Below, piece by piece: positions 26,896 through 37,813 of a DNA stretch of 64,000 nucleotides. The position numbers were made by a program, and so were the translations under genes. Under the pieces are notes generated by a model. The model saw only the letters and a list, made by a program, of their open reading frames with translations, was not told the origin of the DNA and did not search any database. The first letter of the stretch is position 1. Each line of letters starts with the position of its first letter. Source of the stretch: an uncultured Bacillota bacterium (GTDB taxonomy: Bacteria; Bacillota; Clostridia; Christensenellales; UBA1242); the NCBI GenBank assembly GCA_946499835.1, contig CAMMTJ010000001.1, positions 80,879-144,878 of the forward strand, read 5' to 3'.

Positions 26896-28092
26896 CTATT
26901 TTTTGTTTCTTCTGAGTTTTTCAATCCATGGTGGCACAGAAGAAGGTCTTTCAACATCCACTCTTGATGATGCCATATCATTTTTTGGTGTGAGGTTAAC
27001 CTCAGGTTTTTCTTCTTCGGCTTTTGCCTTAGCGTATTGACTGAACATGCTTCTTGCAGAAGGCATTTCTTTTCTTTGTCCCATATCGCCAATATTTTTT
27101 GCATTTGCCACTGGGTTGTCTTTTTCCTCTTCTTTGCTCTCTTCTGGTGCTGGGAATCCAGTTGCAATAACTGTGATCTCAACAGCGTCTTGCATATCTT
27201 CTGCAATGCTTGTTCCAAGAATGATATTGCAAGATTCATCAACAACTTCTCTTACAAGAGCAGCAGCCTCTGCCAAATCGTCTTGTGTGAGATCTGCCCC
27301 ACCTTTGATATTGATCAAAAGACCGGTTGCACCTTCAATGGTTGTTTCAAGAAGTGGGCTGGCAACGGCTTGTTTGACAGCATCAAGTGCTTTGTTGTCA
27401 CCTGTGCCATAGCCAATGCCCATATGAGCAAGACCTTTATCTTTCATAATTGTTGAAACATCGGCAAAGTCAAGGTTGATAAGCCCAGGATAAACGATAA
27501 GGTCAGAAATACCTTGCACGCCTTGACGGAGAACATCGTCAGCAAAGCGGAAAGATTCTGCAAGAGGAGTTCTCTTTGGAACGATTTCCAAGAGTTTTTC
27601 GTTTGGAATAACAATAAGTGCATCAACATATTTGCGGAGTTTTTCAATGCCCGCTTTTGCGTTTGCCGCTCTTACAGGGCCTTCAAAGTTGAAAGGCTTT
27701 GTGATAACAGCAATCGTCAAAATTCCCATTTCTTTTGCGATCTGAGCAATAACAGGTGCTGCACCTGTTCCTGTTCCACCACCCATACCAGCGGTGATAA
27801 AGAGAAGGTTTGTCCCTTTAAGCATTTCGGTGATATGTGCCTTGCTCTCCTCTGCCGCCTTTTGTCCAATCTCTGGTTTAGCGCCAGCACCAAGTCCTTG
27901 GGTCAATCTTTCACCAATTTGAATTCTTGTTTCAGCCTTTGAAACCAAAAGTGTTTGACGATCGGTGTTGATCGCAACAAATTCGGCAGAACTTACCCCA
28001 GCATCAATCATACGATTGACAGCGTTGTTTCCGCCACCGCCGACACCGACAACTTTGATTTTTGCAACTGATGTAACCATATTGTTATCCAT
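26896..28092 (-). CDS. ftsZ: Cell division protein FtsZ
   Basis: [13 protein letters not shown] and [15 protein letters not shown] tubulin signature. Confidence 0.97.
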   Translation of the reverse strand: MDNNMVTSVAKIKVVGVGGGGNNAVNRMIDAGVSSAEFVAINTDRQTLLVSKAETRIQIGERLTQGLGAGAKPEIGQKAAEESKAHITEMLKGTNLLFITAGMGGGTGTGAAPVIAQIAKEMGILTIAVITKPFNFEGPVRAANAKAGIEKLRKYVDALIVIPNEKLLEIVPKRTPLAESFRFADDVLRQGVQGISDLIVYPGLINLDFADVSTIMKDKGLAHMGIGYGTGDNKALDAVKQAVASPLLETTIEGATGLLINIKGGADLTQDDLAEAAALVREVVDESCNIILGTSIAEDMQDAVEITVIATGFPAPEESKEEEKDNPVANAKNIGDMGQRKEMPSARSMFSQYAKAKAEEEKPEVNLTPKNDMASSRVDVERPSSVPPWIEKLRRNKK

Positions 28093-28124
28093 AAAAACAC
28101 TCCTTCAAGTAATTTTACAACTCT

Positions 28125-28153
28125 ATTGTAATACTTTTTTTATTTTTTTGCAA
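28125..28153 (-). promoter_or_regulatory. SigA-type promoter of ftsZ in the ftsA-ftsZ spacer
   Basis: Minus strand TTGCAA-N17-TACAAT. Confidence 0.5.
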
Positions 28154-28207
28154 TTAAACTACACATAATTTTTGAAAAAATGTATAAATTTTCATTTTTT
28201 TATGCTT

Positions 28208-29338
28208 TTATGCATTCTGTTCACCATTCAAAGCGGATGAGACTAGCGAATAAATGGATGCAAGTTCTGGCTTATCCTTGCCAGGCAATGGTGGAACGCC
28301 ATAAGAGATGTTTCTGCCAAGGCATTTTGCAAGGTAGTCTCGCCCGCCCTTGATCTTGCTCACCCCTGCTCCGCATAGATAAACTGGAAGATATGGGATA
28401 TATTGGCTTGAAAAGAGTTGCAAGCATTTTGAAATTGCACTGCCTATTGTATCAATGGTATATCCAACCACATCATTTGCTTGATTGAGAGGAATTTTGA
28501 CAACTGTGCCCACATCTGTGGTCAGTTCATAGAAATCTGACGCCTTGCCTTTCAATGAAAGCACAACCTGTCTTTTAAGCCTGTCCGCCTCTGTCAAAGA
28601 AAGGTCAAATGCCTCCGCCAGATCATTGGTAATAAATGCCCCACCTATTGAGAAAGAGGATAGATTGACAAGTCCTTCCCCTTTGACAACAGCAACAGAT
28701 GTTGTCAAGTCACCAATATCGACAAGCAAATTGAGATCTTCACGCCCTTCCTTTGTTATAACAAACAGCGCCTCAGCAAGTGGCTCAGATATGTATTCCA
28801 CACTTGAAAACCCAAGTCCTGCAATGATATTGTTGAAAAGATCAATAAATTCTTTCCCTCCATAGATGATTGAAAGTTGGCAACTGAGAGAATTTGCCAC
28901 TTCTCCAACAGGATTTGCCACCCAACGATTATCGTCGATTTTGAAAGAGATTGGATTGACACTGACAATCTCAACTCTCTCGCCTTTTGCTTTCTCACCA
29001 GCAGAATAGAACATTGAGTCTATGTCTGATTGTTTGATTTTTCTTCTTTCTCCAAAATTGATAAAAGCAGAAGTGGAAACGACAGATGAAAATTCAGAAG
29101 GCACACCGATATAGACCTTTTCCTCCCCTTTGCCGAGGGTATAATCAAGATCGGTCAGCATTTGTGAAAAGATAAGTGAAAGTTTTTCTCTGTCAAGAAA
29201 TCTGCCTTCATAAAAGCCATCATAATCGGTATCAACATGATTTTTGATGATAAATGTGTTGTTGACACCTTTTTTTGCCACCATTGCACGAATTTTTGAA
29301 GAGCCTATATCAAAGACAAGCATAAAATCGTTTTTCAT
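28208..29338 (-). CDS. ftsA: Cell division protein FtsA (actin-like ATPase)
   Basis: DIGSSKIRA and DIGDLTTS phosphate-binding motifs. Position between ftsQ and ftsZ. Confidence 0.85.
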   Translation of the reverse strand: MKNDFMLVFDIGSSKIRAMVAKKGVNNTFIIKNHVDTDYDGFYEGRFLDREKLSLIFSQMLTDLDYTLGKGEEKVYIGVPSEFSSVVSTSAFINFGERRKIKQSDIDSMFYSAGEKAKGERVEIVSVNPISFKIDDNRWVANPVGEVANSLSCQLSIIYGGKEFIDLFNNIIAGLGFSSVEYISEPLAEALFVITKEGREDLNLLVDIGDLTTSVAVVKGEGLVNLSSFSIGGAFITNDLAEAFDLSLTEADRLKRQVVLSLKGKASDFYELTTDVGTVVKIPLNQANDVVGYTIDTIGSAISKCLQLFSSQYIPYLPVYLCGAGVSKIKGGRDYLAKCLGRNISYGVPPLPGKDKPELASIYSLVSSALNGEQNA

Positions 29339-29386
29339 AATCCACCCATATATTTTTTAATAGTGTAATAAAAAAAAGAAAGTTTG

Positions 29387-30256
29387 TCAAACATTTGGCA
29401 TACTTTCTTGTGGCTTTATAACAGAGAAATAACAGTTTTCTTGGTCGAGATAATAATTGTTTATCTCAACAGTCGCATTTTGCAAAAGTTCTTCTGTCCA
29501 AACGCCAATGCTCTCATCACTTTGGTCAATAGGCTGACCTATCAAAGAAAAGATTTGAGAATACACCTGCATAAGAGTCGCCATCTTTTTGTTAAGGATG
29601 ATATCAGCGTTCAAAATGCGGTAAGTTTGACCATTGAACATATGCACACTTGCGACAAAAACATCTCTTTTTGAATTTTGATCATATTCGGTAGAATAAC
29701 TCACTCTTTCGATAATCGATTGTTGTTCAAAGAGCAGTCTATTGTTTTCAACAAGCGCAGAATAGATATCAATATAATTTTGCACCTGCAAAAAGTCTCC
29801 TGCCTCGGCATTTTGATTTTCAACAATCACATTTTGCAAAAGTATAGGGTTGTCCGTGGCAGAAGAAAATGTTTGCACTTTTTCAAGCACTTTGAGATCT
29901 TCATCACAGATGAAATAGCCACCCGCGCTCTCAACTGCATAGACCTGTTGTCTTTGTGCGCAGTTTATCACAAAAGTGTTTGGAAAAACTGTTTCTATAT
30001 TGACAATTTCAAGGCTTGGATATGCTTTTTCAAGACGTTCAACATATCCTTTTTTGCTGTGAAAAAAGACTGACCTTCCCATGCCGATTTCCCCTTTTTG
30101 AACAGCCTCCTCAGCTGTCAATGAAATTGTGTGCGAAGTCAAGAAATTGATTTGAACAGTTTTCAGCGAAAAAACAGTGAAAGACAACGTCACCAATATG
30201 CCGACAAGCGCAATAATCACTGCAAGGGCAATAGCCCATTTCTTTTTTCTGCTCAC
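29387..30256 (-). CDS. ftsQ: Cell division protein FtsQ/DivIB (TM plus POTRA)
   Basis: Short cytoplasmic tail, one TM helix (WAIALAVIIALVGILVTL), POTRA-like region, dcw position. Confidence 0.75.
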   Translation of the reverse strand: MSRKKKWAIALAVIIALVGILVTLSFTVFSLKTVQINFLTSHTISLTAEEAVQKGEIGMGRSVFFHSKKGYVERLEKAYPSLEIVNIETVFPNTFVINCAQRQQVYAVESAGGYFICDEDLKVLEKVQTFSSATDNPILLQNVIVENQNAEAGDFLQVQNYIDIYSALVENNRLLFEQQSIIERVSYSTEYDQNSKRDVFVASVHMFNGQTYRILNADIILNKKMATLMQVYSQIFSLIGQPIDQSDESIGVWTEELLQNATVEINNYYLDQENCYFSVIKPQESMPNV

Positions 30257-31509
30257 TCCTCAATCCTTTTTATATCTGCCCCGACCTGAGACAAGATTTT
30301 TTCGATCTGATAGTATCCCCTGTCAATATACTCCACTCCACTGACAGTCGTGTAGCCTTCTCCGCGAAGTCCAGCCATCACAAGTGCCATACCTCCTCGC
30401 AGATCAGCAGAGGACACCTCTGCTCCAAAGAGTTTATCCTTTCCGTGCACAATGCAAACATTGTTTTTGCATCTTATGTCTGCTCCCATTTTTTTGAGTT
30501 CACTCACATGCAAAAAACGAGACTCAAACAAGTTCTCCTCAATCAAAGTATAGCCCTCACACACAGAGGCAAGCGCCATTATTTGAGGTTGGAGATCTGT
30601 CGGAAAACCAGGATAGACAGCCGTTTCCACTTCTCCAAAAGTGGTAAGTTTGCCATCAGACCTTATTTTGATTTTATCATTTTTTATATCATAAAAGCAA
30701 GCAGTTTGTTTGATTTTTGAAAGAAGGGCTTGATTGTGATAAGGCAAAAAGTTTTCAATCTCAACATCACCACCACACATTGCCACAGTGAGAAGAAAAG
30801 ATCCTCCGCTTATGCGATCAGGTATTGTGCTGTAAAGACATCCATGCAGTTTGCTCACACCTTCAACTGTTATTTGGTTTGTGCCTGCACCCGATATTTT
30901 TGCCCCACACTTGTTTAGAAAATTTTGAAGATCGACTATCTCTGGCTCTTTTGCACTATTGAATATTCGCGTTATCCCTCGCGTCAAAACGGCACCCATC
31001 ATTGCGTTTTCAGTTGCCCCAACGCTTGGAAAATCAAGCACAATGTCAGCCCCTTCCATCGCACTTCCGTTTGCATAAATATACCCATTTTTTTCGACAA
31101 TTTTCGCTCCAAGCGTTCTCATCGCAGACAGGTGAATGTCTATTGGTCTTAGTCCAATTTCACACCCACCGGGATAGGCAATCTTTGCAATTTTTGCTCG
31201 TGACAAAAGAGGCCCAAGCGCAAATATGGATGATCGCAGTTTGCTTGCAAGAGGCGACAAAATATCATGTGCTGACAAATTTGTCATGTCAACCACGAGG
31301 TTGTTTTCTTGCCATACCACGCTTCCACCAAGACTTTGCAATATCTTGCACATATTGACAACATCGCTAAGAGGTGGCACATCTTCAAACACCACTTCTC
31401 CTTCCACCATAATTGCTCCTGCAAGCAAAGGCAAAATGGCGTTTTTAGACTTGTCAATTTTTATCTTTCCATAAAGTTTTTTCCCGCCATTTATAAAAAG
31501 TTTTTGCAT
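30253..31509 (-). CDS. murA: UDP-N-acetylglucosamine 1-carboxyvinyltransferase
   Basis: 418 aa, NAILPLLAGA N-terminus, catalytic Cys loop YPGGCEIGLRPID. Confidence 0.95.
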   Translation of the reverse strand: MQKLFINGGKKLYGKIKIDKSKNAILPLLAGAIMVEGEVVFEDVPPLSDVVNMCKILQSLGGSVVWQENNLVVDMTNLSAHDILSPLASKLRSSIFALGPLLSRAKIAKIAYPGGCEIGLRPIDIHLSAMRTLGAKIVEKNGYIYANGSAMEGADIVLDFPSVGATENAMMGAVLTRGITRIFNSAKEPEIVDLQNFLNKCGAKISGAGTNQITVEGVSKLHGCLYSTIPDRISGGSFLLTVAMCGGDVEIENFLPYHNQALLSKIKQTACFYDIKNDKIKIRSDGKLTTFGEVETAVYPGFPTDLQPQIMALASVCEGYTLIEENLFESRFLHVSELKKMGADIRCKNNVCIVHGKDKLFGAEVSSADLRGGMALVMAGLRGEGYTTVSGVEYIDRGYYQIEKILSQVGADIKRIEE

Positions 31510-31542
31510 AAAAAAGCCCCCACAACTTTTTATGTGTGGAGG
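31510..31542 (-). terminator. Hairpin plus U-tract abutting the murA AUG (terminator/attenuator that sequesters the G-rich SD)
   Basis: Minus-strand RNA CCUCCACA-loop-UGUGGGGG, then CUUUUUU, then AUG. The only SD-like purine run (GGGGG) is in the 3' arm. Confidence 0.5.
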
Positions 31543-31655
31543 AGATCAAATGTGCATAAGTGGAAAGAATGTCGTGCTTAACACATATTTTAAGCAAATT
31601 TTTGTTTGTTTTTTCACTTTTATTTAATTTTTCTTTTATCAAAAATGTGGATAAA

Positions 31656-32813
31656 TCATCTCGCCTTTTTTCTTTTTACTTTGAAAAATGAAATGTTGAA
31701 AATTTTTCCTTGCGATTTTCTACTTTGACGCAAAATGTTGAGACATATTCCAATGCCTGCCATAAACACCATAACGGAAGTTCCACCACTTGAAATAAAT
31801 GGAAGAGGAAGTCCTGTTGGTGGAATTGATCCAGTAACAACTGCAATATTGAGAAGGGTTTGCACGCCTATAATAAAAGCCACTCCGCAGGCAAGCAAAG
31901 CGCCAAAGCGATCAGGTGCATTAAGTCCAATTTTTATCAGCAAAATGACCAAAGTCAAAAAGACAATCATAAGTGCGATAAGCCCAAAGTAACCGATCTC
32001 TTCCCCTATTATTGAAAGAATGAAATCTGACTCTGCAAATGGCAAGAAAAGATATTTTTGCCTAGACTGAAAAAGTCCAACACCAAACCAACCACCCGAG
32101 CCAAGTGAGTAAAGCGATTGAATGAGTTGGAAGCCCTCACCTTGCGGAGACGCCCAAGGATCAAGAAAGGCAAGCAGTCGTTTTAAGCGGTAAGGCTCCA
32201 AAAAAATAAGGAGCGGAACAACGGCTATCGCAGGAATTGAAAACATCAAAGTGTGCTTTTTGCTCATTCCGCCGATTATAAGCATGAAAAGTGTGACAAA
32301 AGCAATGCACATAGTCACGCTCATGCTTGGTTCGAGCATAATAAGCAGGCATAAGCCTCCGCCCACCAATAAAACTGGCAAGATACCTTTAAGAGTTTTT
32401 GCTTTTTCATGATTGTCAGCAAGATGAGCAGCACAAAAAATGACAAGTGCAAATTTGGCTATCTCAGAGGGCTGAATAGAGAGTCCGAAGATAGATACCC
32501 ATCTCTTTGCACCATAACTTTCTACCCCTAGACCAGGGATAAAGACAAGCACCAACAAAATGGCAGAGCCTGCCACAATAACCCACTTATATTTTTTCAG
32601 TTTATGATAATCAAAAAAGGTGAAAAAGAGCATTGCACATATGCCCATAAGCACACCCATAATTTGTTTAACCAAAAAAAAGTATTGGTTGCCATAATGA
32701 TACTCGGCAGAATAACTGCTTGCGCTGTAAACCATCAAACAACCAAAAGAGGTGAGAAGAAGAACGATTCCCACAATGGAGATGCTATTTTTGTCAATAT
32801 TCAATCTTTTCAT
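31656..32813 (-). CDS. ftsW: SEDS-family lipid II polymerase FtsW/SpoVE
   Basis: About 10 TM helices with MVYSAS and FAESDFI motifs. Start set at ATG 32813 (MKRLNIDK...), overlapping the murD 3' end. Confidence 0.9.
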   Translation of the reverse strand: MKRLNIDKNSISIVGIVLLLTSFGCLMVYSASSYSAEYHYGNQYFFLVKQIMGVLMGICAMLFFTFFDYHKLKKYKWVIVAGSAILLVLVFIPGLGVESYGAKRWVSIFGLSIQPSEIAKFALVIFCAAHLADNHEKAKTLKGILPVLLVGGGLCLLIMLEPSMSVTMCIAFVTLFMLIIGGMSKKHTLMFSIPAIAVVPLLIFLEPYRLKRLLAFLDPWASPQGEGFQLIQSLYSLGSGGWFGVGLFQSRQKYLFLPFAESDFILSIIGEEIGYFGLIALMIVFLTLVILLIKIGLNAPDRFGALLACGVAFIIGVQTLLNIAVVTGSIPPTGLPLPFISSGGTSVMVFMAGIGICLNILRQSRKSQGKIFNISFFKVKRKKAR

Positions 32814-34098
32814 AACAATCAAACATGATCTCCTTAAAAACTTCACCACGGACGGCATAAGAGGCAAACTCATCAAAACTGGCACAGCCAGGAGAGAGCA
32901 AAATCACTTGTCCCTCTTCCAAATGGTCACGGACGAAATGAACACAGGCTTTCATAGTTTTGAAAAGTTGTGGGTTGTATCCAAATCGTTTGGCGCAGTT
33001 GTAAATCTCTTCACCTGCCTCGCCAAAGCAATAAAGTTTTTCAAATTCATATTTTTTTGAAAAAAAGTCATCAAAATTGATATTTTTGTTTTGTCCTCCC
33101 ATCAAGAGAACAAGCCTTGCTCCACCCAGTGCTTCAACAGCCATTTGTACAGAGGAAATATTTGTGGCTTTGCTGTCATCAAAGACGTGCGCCCCTTTTG
33201 TCTGTCCCACATATTCAAGCCTATGCGGTGGAAGTTTGTAGGACAAAATACCTTGTCTTATCACCTTTGCTTTAACTTTAAGTTTGACGCAAATTGCCAC
33301 AGCAGCCATGACATTTTCCAAATTTTTGAGTCCAAAAAATGGTATATCACTGCAAGAGATAATTTTCGTTTTGTTGAAATAAACTGCATTATTTTTCACA
33401 AAAACACCCCTGCTAAGCATTTTTTTTGAAAAATAAAGCACTTTTTTTGATATTTTGAAAGACCTTGCAATTTCATCGTCAAAGTTAAGCACAACCTTTT
33501 GGTGACGCTTTGCAATTATTTTTCGCTTTACGGCGATGTATTCTTGATAAGTCCCATGCCTGTCAATATGATCAGGTGCAATATTCAAAACGCAAGCAAG
33601 TCCTGCATGAAAATATCTTGAACTTTCAAGTTGAAAGTTGGAAACCTCACAAACATAAATGCTGTCTTTTCCGCCCTCTTCACAAACAGAAGAAAATGGC
33701 AAACCAATATTGCCACAGGAAAAAACCTTCTTTCCACTTTCCTTCAAAATTTGATAAACCATAGATGTGACAGTTGTCTTCCCGTTCGTTCCAGTAATGC
33801 CAATAATCTTTCCTTTACAAAAAAAGTAAGCAAGGTCAAGTTCGCTTATAATCGGTGTCCTCGTCAGTGTAAAATGAGAAATTATTTCATTGCCAAGTAT
33901 TTTTACGCCAGGGCTTAAAACCACAAAATCATATTTATGAAGTGTTGGATTTTTATCAAAGGCAAAAAATGAACCAAACTTGTCTTCATCGTCATAGAAA
34001 CTTACGCACGCCCCTTTTTTATGCAACAACTTGCAAGCAGACTGTCCGCTTGTTCCCATGCCATAAACCAAAACTTTTTTGCCTTTGAAATCTCTCAT
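32794..34098 (-). CDS. murD: UDP-N-acetylmuramoylalanine--D-glutamate ligase
   Basis: GMGTSG Rossmann-type motif and GITGTNGKTT P-loop. ATGA overlap with the mraY stop, so start set at 34098. Confidence 0.93.
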   Translation of the reverse strand: MRDFKGKKVLVYGMGTSGQSACKLLHKKGACVSFYDDEDKFGSFFAFDKNPTLHKYDFVVLSPGVKILGNEIISHFTLTRTPIISELDLAYFFCKGKIIGITGTNGKTTVTSMVYQILKESGKKVFSCGNIGLPFSSVCEEGGKDSIYVCEVSNFQLESSRYFHAGLACVLNIAPDHIDRHGTYQEYIAVKRKIIAKRHQKVVLNFDDEIARSFKISKKVLYFSKKMLSRGVFVKNNAVYFNKTKIISCSDIPFFGLKNLENVMAAVAICVKLKVKAKVIRQGILSYKLPPHRLEYVGQTKGAHVFDDSKATNISSVQMAVEALGGARLVLLMGGQNKNINFDDFFSKKYEFEKLYCFGEAGEEIYNCAKRFGYNPQLFKTMKACVHFVRDHLEEGQVILLSPGCASFDEFASYAVRGEVFKEIMFDCYEKIEY

Positions 34099-35060
34099 AT
34101 CACCCCTGCAACAAACATATAGCCAAGTGTGCAGCAAAGTCCGCACACAAGAGTTATTACTATATATATTGTCACAATTCGGTTTTCATGCACTCCAAGT
34201 TTTTCAAAATGATGGTGAAGCGGTGCCATTTTGAAAATACGCCTCTTTGTCCTTTTATAATGTGCCACTTGCAATATATCAGAAAGTACACTCATCACAA
34301 ACATTATTCCAATGATGGGCATAATTAGTTCAAGCCCAGAAAAAACGGCTATGCCTGCAATAAGCCCACCAAGTGCCAAAGAGCCTGTGTCACCCATAAA
34401 GATTTTTGCAGGGAAAGAATTTACGCACAAAAAGGCAAGAATTGCACCCACAAAAGCAAAGCAGATAAGTGCAAGACTATCAAACTCAGAAAGTAAAGCA
34501 AGAATTATGCCAAAAAAGAGCAGATAAACACCACTTACGCCACCTGCAAGTCCATCAAGCCCATCAGTCAGGTTGACAGCGTTGGTGACAGCCACAAAGA
34601 AAAGAATGATAAAAGGTATGATGAAAAGACCAAGTTCAATTTTCAGTCCAAACAAATCTATGCTTGTCCCCACTTTGAAATAAATGTATAGTGCCACAAT
34701 CAAAGAGATCCCAACCTGTCCAATAATTTTTTGATATGGCCTTAGTCCTTCATTTTGATGAAATTTAATTTTTATATAATCATCAAGAAAGCCAAGCAGT
34801 CCATATCCAAGCATGACAAGAAGGACAATCAGCGGAACAAAAAAATCTCCATCAAAAATAAAAATGAGGCTGACCGCCATTCCAGCCAAAATAAAAATCC
34901 AGCCACCCATTGTTGGCGTTCCACTCTTGTCCATATGCTTGTCCACATAATGCAAAATAGTTTGATTGATTTTCAACTTTTTGCATAGATGGATGACTGG
35001 AAATGTCAGCAGAAGGCCAAGGCCCAGTGCTGACAAAAATGCAATTATATAGTTTACCAT
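34095..35060 (-). CDS. mraY: Phospho-N-acetylmuramoyl-pentapeptide transferase
   Basis: 321-aa polytopic protein with NAVNLTDGLDGLA and GDTGSLALGG motifs. Confidence 0.95.
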   Translation of the reverse strand: MVNYIIAFLSALGLGLLLTFPVIHLCKKLKINQTILHYVDKHMDKSGTPTMGGWIFILAGMAVSLIFIFDGDFFVPLIVLLVMLGYGLLGFLDDYIKIKFHQNEGLRPYQKIIGQVGISLIVALYIYFKVGTSIDLFGLKIELGLFIIPFIILFFVAVTNAVNLTDGLDGLAGGVSGVYLLFFGIILALLSEFDSLALICFAFVGAILAFLCVNSFPAKIFMGDTGSLALGGLIAGIAVFSGLELIMPIIGIMFVMSVLSDILQVAHYKRTKRRIFKMAPLHHHFEKLGVHENRIVTIYIVITLVCGLCCTLGYMFVAGVI

Positions 35061-36511
35061 ATTCCTTGTTCTCCCTTCTTTGTTTGACCCAGTTGCTTTC
35101 GAAAATACTTGTAAACTGTGTCAAAGTCGTTGTAAGGAACCTTTTTCCCCATTATATCTTGATATTTTTCCCCACCTTTGCCTGCAATAATCAATGTGTC
35201 TCCTTTTTGGCATTTTGAAAGTGCATTTTCAATTGCAACCGTGCGACTCTCTTCCACTTCATAATCGCCGTGCATCCCCTTTTCAATTTCAGAAATAATA
35301 TCACGAGGATTTTCAAACCTAGGGTTGTCACTTGTCAGAAAAACATAGTCTGAATTGTCACTTGCAACCTTGCCCATGATTGGCCTTTTTTGTCTGTCAC
35401 GATTTCCGCCACAACCAAAAAGTGTCAAAACGCGACCCTTTGTAAGTTCTCTGGCAGTCGTTATCACCTTTTCAAGACCATCAGGCGTGTGAGCATAATC
35501 AACAACAACATTGAAACCTTTGCATCTTATCACATTGAAACGCCCCTCAACTGGCATAGCCGTGCAAAGAGAAAGTTGAATAAGATCTTTTGGCACACCA
35601 AGTGCTCTTGCAACAGTTATGCTTGCAAGGGCATTTTCCACATTATATTTGCCAATAAGGTTGGTTTTGATATTAAAAATATCATCAAGACAGTTGCAAA
35701 AAAATGTGGTATTGTCAAAGTTTGAATTTATTGAAACGGCAAATGTGTCCGCAGGGTTGTCAAGCCCATACCACAAAATAGGCACATCAACATTGTCAAT
35801 CAAGCACCTTGCAAGTTCATCATCAGAGCACACCACTCCAAGTTTGATATGCTTTTTGTCAAAAAAGTCCAGTTTGGCCTTGGCATAAGTTTTCATATCA
35901 CCAAAAAAGTCAAGATGATCTTCTGTGATATTTGTCAGCACACCCACTTCAAAGTTTATTCCATCAAGTTTATTAAGTGCAAGGGCATGTGCTGAGGCTT
36001 CCATAACAACATATTCAACGCCTTCCTCTTGCATCTTGGCAAAGAGTTTGTGAAGAAGATAAGGATCAGGCGTTGTCATGCCAGTATCAACAACTTTGCC
36101 ATTGAAATGAGCCCCCTCTGTTCCAATAACTCCAACATTGAGTCCAGCACCTTTCAAAATTTCCCCCAAAAGATGAGTTGTGGTGGTCTTGCCATTTGTG
36201 CCAGTCACTCCAACAATTTTCATCTTATCGCACTTCTTCCCAAAAAAATTTTTGCTTGAAAGAGCATAAGCCTTTCGAGCATTTTCAACTTGTATGCAAT
36301 TTTTAGTGTTTTTGCTATCTGAAACAACTGCCACTGCCCCCTTATCAAGTGCCTCTTGCACAAAGTCGTTTCCGTCTGAATTTATACCTTTAAGACAAAT
36401 GAAAAGGTCGCCCTCTTTGACACTCCTACTATCAATACAAACATCTCTGACCTCAACGTCAGAAAATTTATCTTCACTTGTCACCCCTTCCAAAACTTCA
36501 CTAAGCCTCAT
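35054..36511 (-). CDS. murE: UDP-N-acetylmuramoyl-L-alanyl-D-glutamate--2,6-diaminopimelate (or L-lysine) ligase
   Basis: GVTGTNGKTTT P-loop, TSDNPR motif, position upstream of mraY. Confidence 0.93.
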   Translation of the reverse strand: MRLSEVLEGVTSEDKFSDVEVRDVCIDSRSVKEGDLFICLKGINSDGNDFVQEALDKGAVAVVSDSKNTKNCIQVENARKAYALSSKNFFGKKCDKMKIVGVTGTNGKTTTTHLLGEILKGAGLNVGVIGTEGAHFNGKVVDTGMTTPDPYLLHKLFAKMQEEGVEYVVMEASAHALALNKLDGINFEVGVLTNITEDHLDFFGDMKTYAKAKLDFFDKKHIKLGVVCSDDELARCLIDNVDVPILWYGLDNPADTFAVSINSNFDNTTFFCNCLDDIFNIKTNLIGKYNVENALASITVARALGVPKDLIQLSLCTAMPVEGRFNVIRCKGFNVVVDYAHTPDGLEKVITTARELTKGRVLTLFGCGGNRDRQKRPIMGKVASDNSDYVFLTSDNPRFENPRDIISEIEKGMHGDYEVEESRTVAIENALSKCQKGDTLIIAGKGGEKYQDIMGKKVPYNDFDTVYKYFRKQLGQTKKGEQGIW

Positions 36512-36680
36512 CTTTCACCCCTTTATACCATTTTAGTTTGCTTTATTTCATTTATAACCTTTCATCTAAAAAAGGAAAATATAGCCCAAATTTGTTACTT
36601 TTTTACCATTTTTCTCAATACTAAAAGTATTTTTCACAAATTTCGATAATTTCCTTAAATTTTATGTGTATTTTTATTCA

Positions 36681-37802
36681 TTATTTTGCATATTTATTAT
36701 TTTTGCTTATTCTACAATACTGTTCAATCGCAGAAGAAGAAAACTTGTAAACTTGTTCTTGCTTATGCTCATATGCACATATTGCCTCATCAATAAGCAA
36801 GTCTATTTCATCTCGAAATGGTGAAGAAAAGAGGTTGAATGCAAGGGATCCGGGAATAGAGTTGACTTCATTGAGATAGAGTTTATTTTTGCCTTTGTCA
36901 TAAAGATAGTCAATCCTGACAACACCATCACATTCAAGTGCTTTATATGCACATATGCTCTCTTTTAAGATTTTGTTTTCAAGATCGTTGTCTATTTTTT
37001 TGTCAGATTTTTGTTTTGTGGCAAGATATTTTTCATCAAAAGAATAGATCTTTCCTTTGTCAACCTGCTCAACCTTGCTTGTAAGTGCATGCCCGTTGAC
37101 TTTTACCACGGCGCAACAAAATTCCTCAGCATTTTTCAAAAATTCTTCAACAAGGACTTTGTCATCAAAAGCGAATGCCTCTTGCAGTTTTGTTTGCAAC
37201 TCTTCAACATCGTCACATAAAGATATACCAACACTGCTTCCAAGTCTCGCTGGTTTTATAATCAGCGGAAATTTCAACTTTTCTTTTATCTTTTGAACCG
37301 TTTTGAATTTATTTGACAAAAAGTCGCCTTGAAAAACTTCTATAAATTTGACAGAGTCGATCTTAAAAGTTTTAAGCAGTCTTTTTGTAAGTGCCTTATC
37401 CATACAAATTGCACTTGATGCCACTTTGCAAGAGGTATAAGGCACAAAAGAAGATTCAAGCACCCCTTGCAATGAACCATCCTCACCGCCCTTCCCATGA
37501 GTGCAAAGAAGAGCGACATCAACTTTATCCTGTTTTTTGAATTTTCCATTGCTCTCACACATAAGCACTGGGCTTCCTGCCAAAAAAGTCACTCTCTTCT
37601 TTTTTATTGCCTTTTGCTCAAAGTTCAAAAAAGTTTGGCTTTCTCCAAGATTTTGTGCCGTCCACCAAACACCATTTATATCTATATATATAGGAATTAT
37701 GTTGTATAATTTGGACATATTTTTAAGCGTCTGCTGAGCAGTGATCACTGAAATATCATGCTCCACCGTTTTTCCACCAAAGATAACCGCTACTGTTTTC
37801 AT
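36681..37802 (-). CDS. ddl: D-alanine--D-alanine ligase
   Basis: VIFGGKTVEHDISV N-terminus, ATP-grasp core, LNEVNSIPG C-terminal motif. Confidence 0.92.
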   Translation of the reverse strand: MKTVAVIFGGKTVEHDISVITAQQTLKNMSKLYNIIPIYIDINGVWWTAQNLGESQTFLNFEQKAIKKKRVTFLAGSPVLMCESNGKFKKQDKVDVALLCTHGKGGEDGSLQGVLESSFVPYTSCKVASSAICMDKALTKRLLKTFKIDSVKFIEVFQGDFLSNKFKTVQKIKEKLKFPLIIKPARLGSSVGISLCDDVEELQTKLQEAFAFDDKVLVEEFLKNAEEFCCAVVKVNGHALTSKVEQVDKGKIYSFDEKYLATKQKSDKKIDNDLENKILKESICAYKALECDGVVRIDYLYDKGKNKLYLNEVNSIPGSLAFNLFSSPFRDEIDLLIDEAICAYEHKQEQVYKFSSSAIEQYCRISKNNKYAK

Positions 37803-37813
37803 TTTTTACCTCC

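Noticed and set aside
31454-31642. 62-aa ORF in the ftsW-murA spacer.
   Set aside because: It is Lys/Asn-rich, overlaps the murA start and the hairpin, and has no SD. The region is better explained as regulatory RNA structure.
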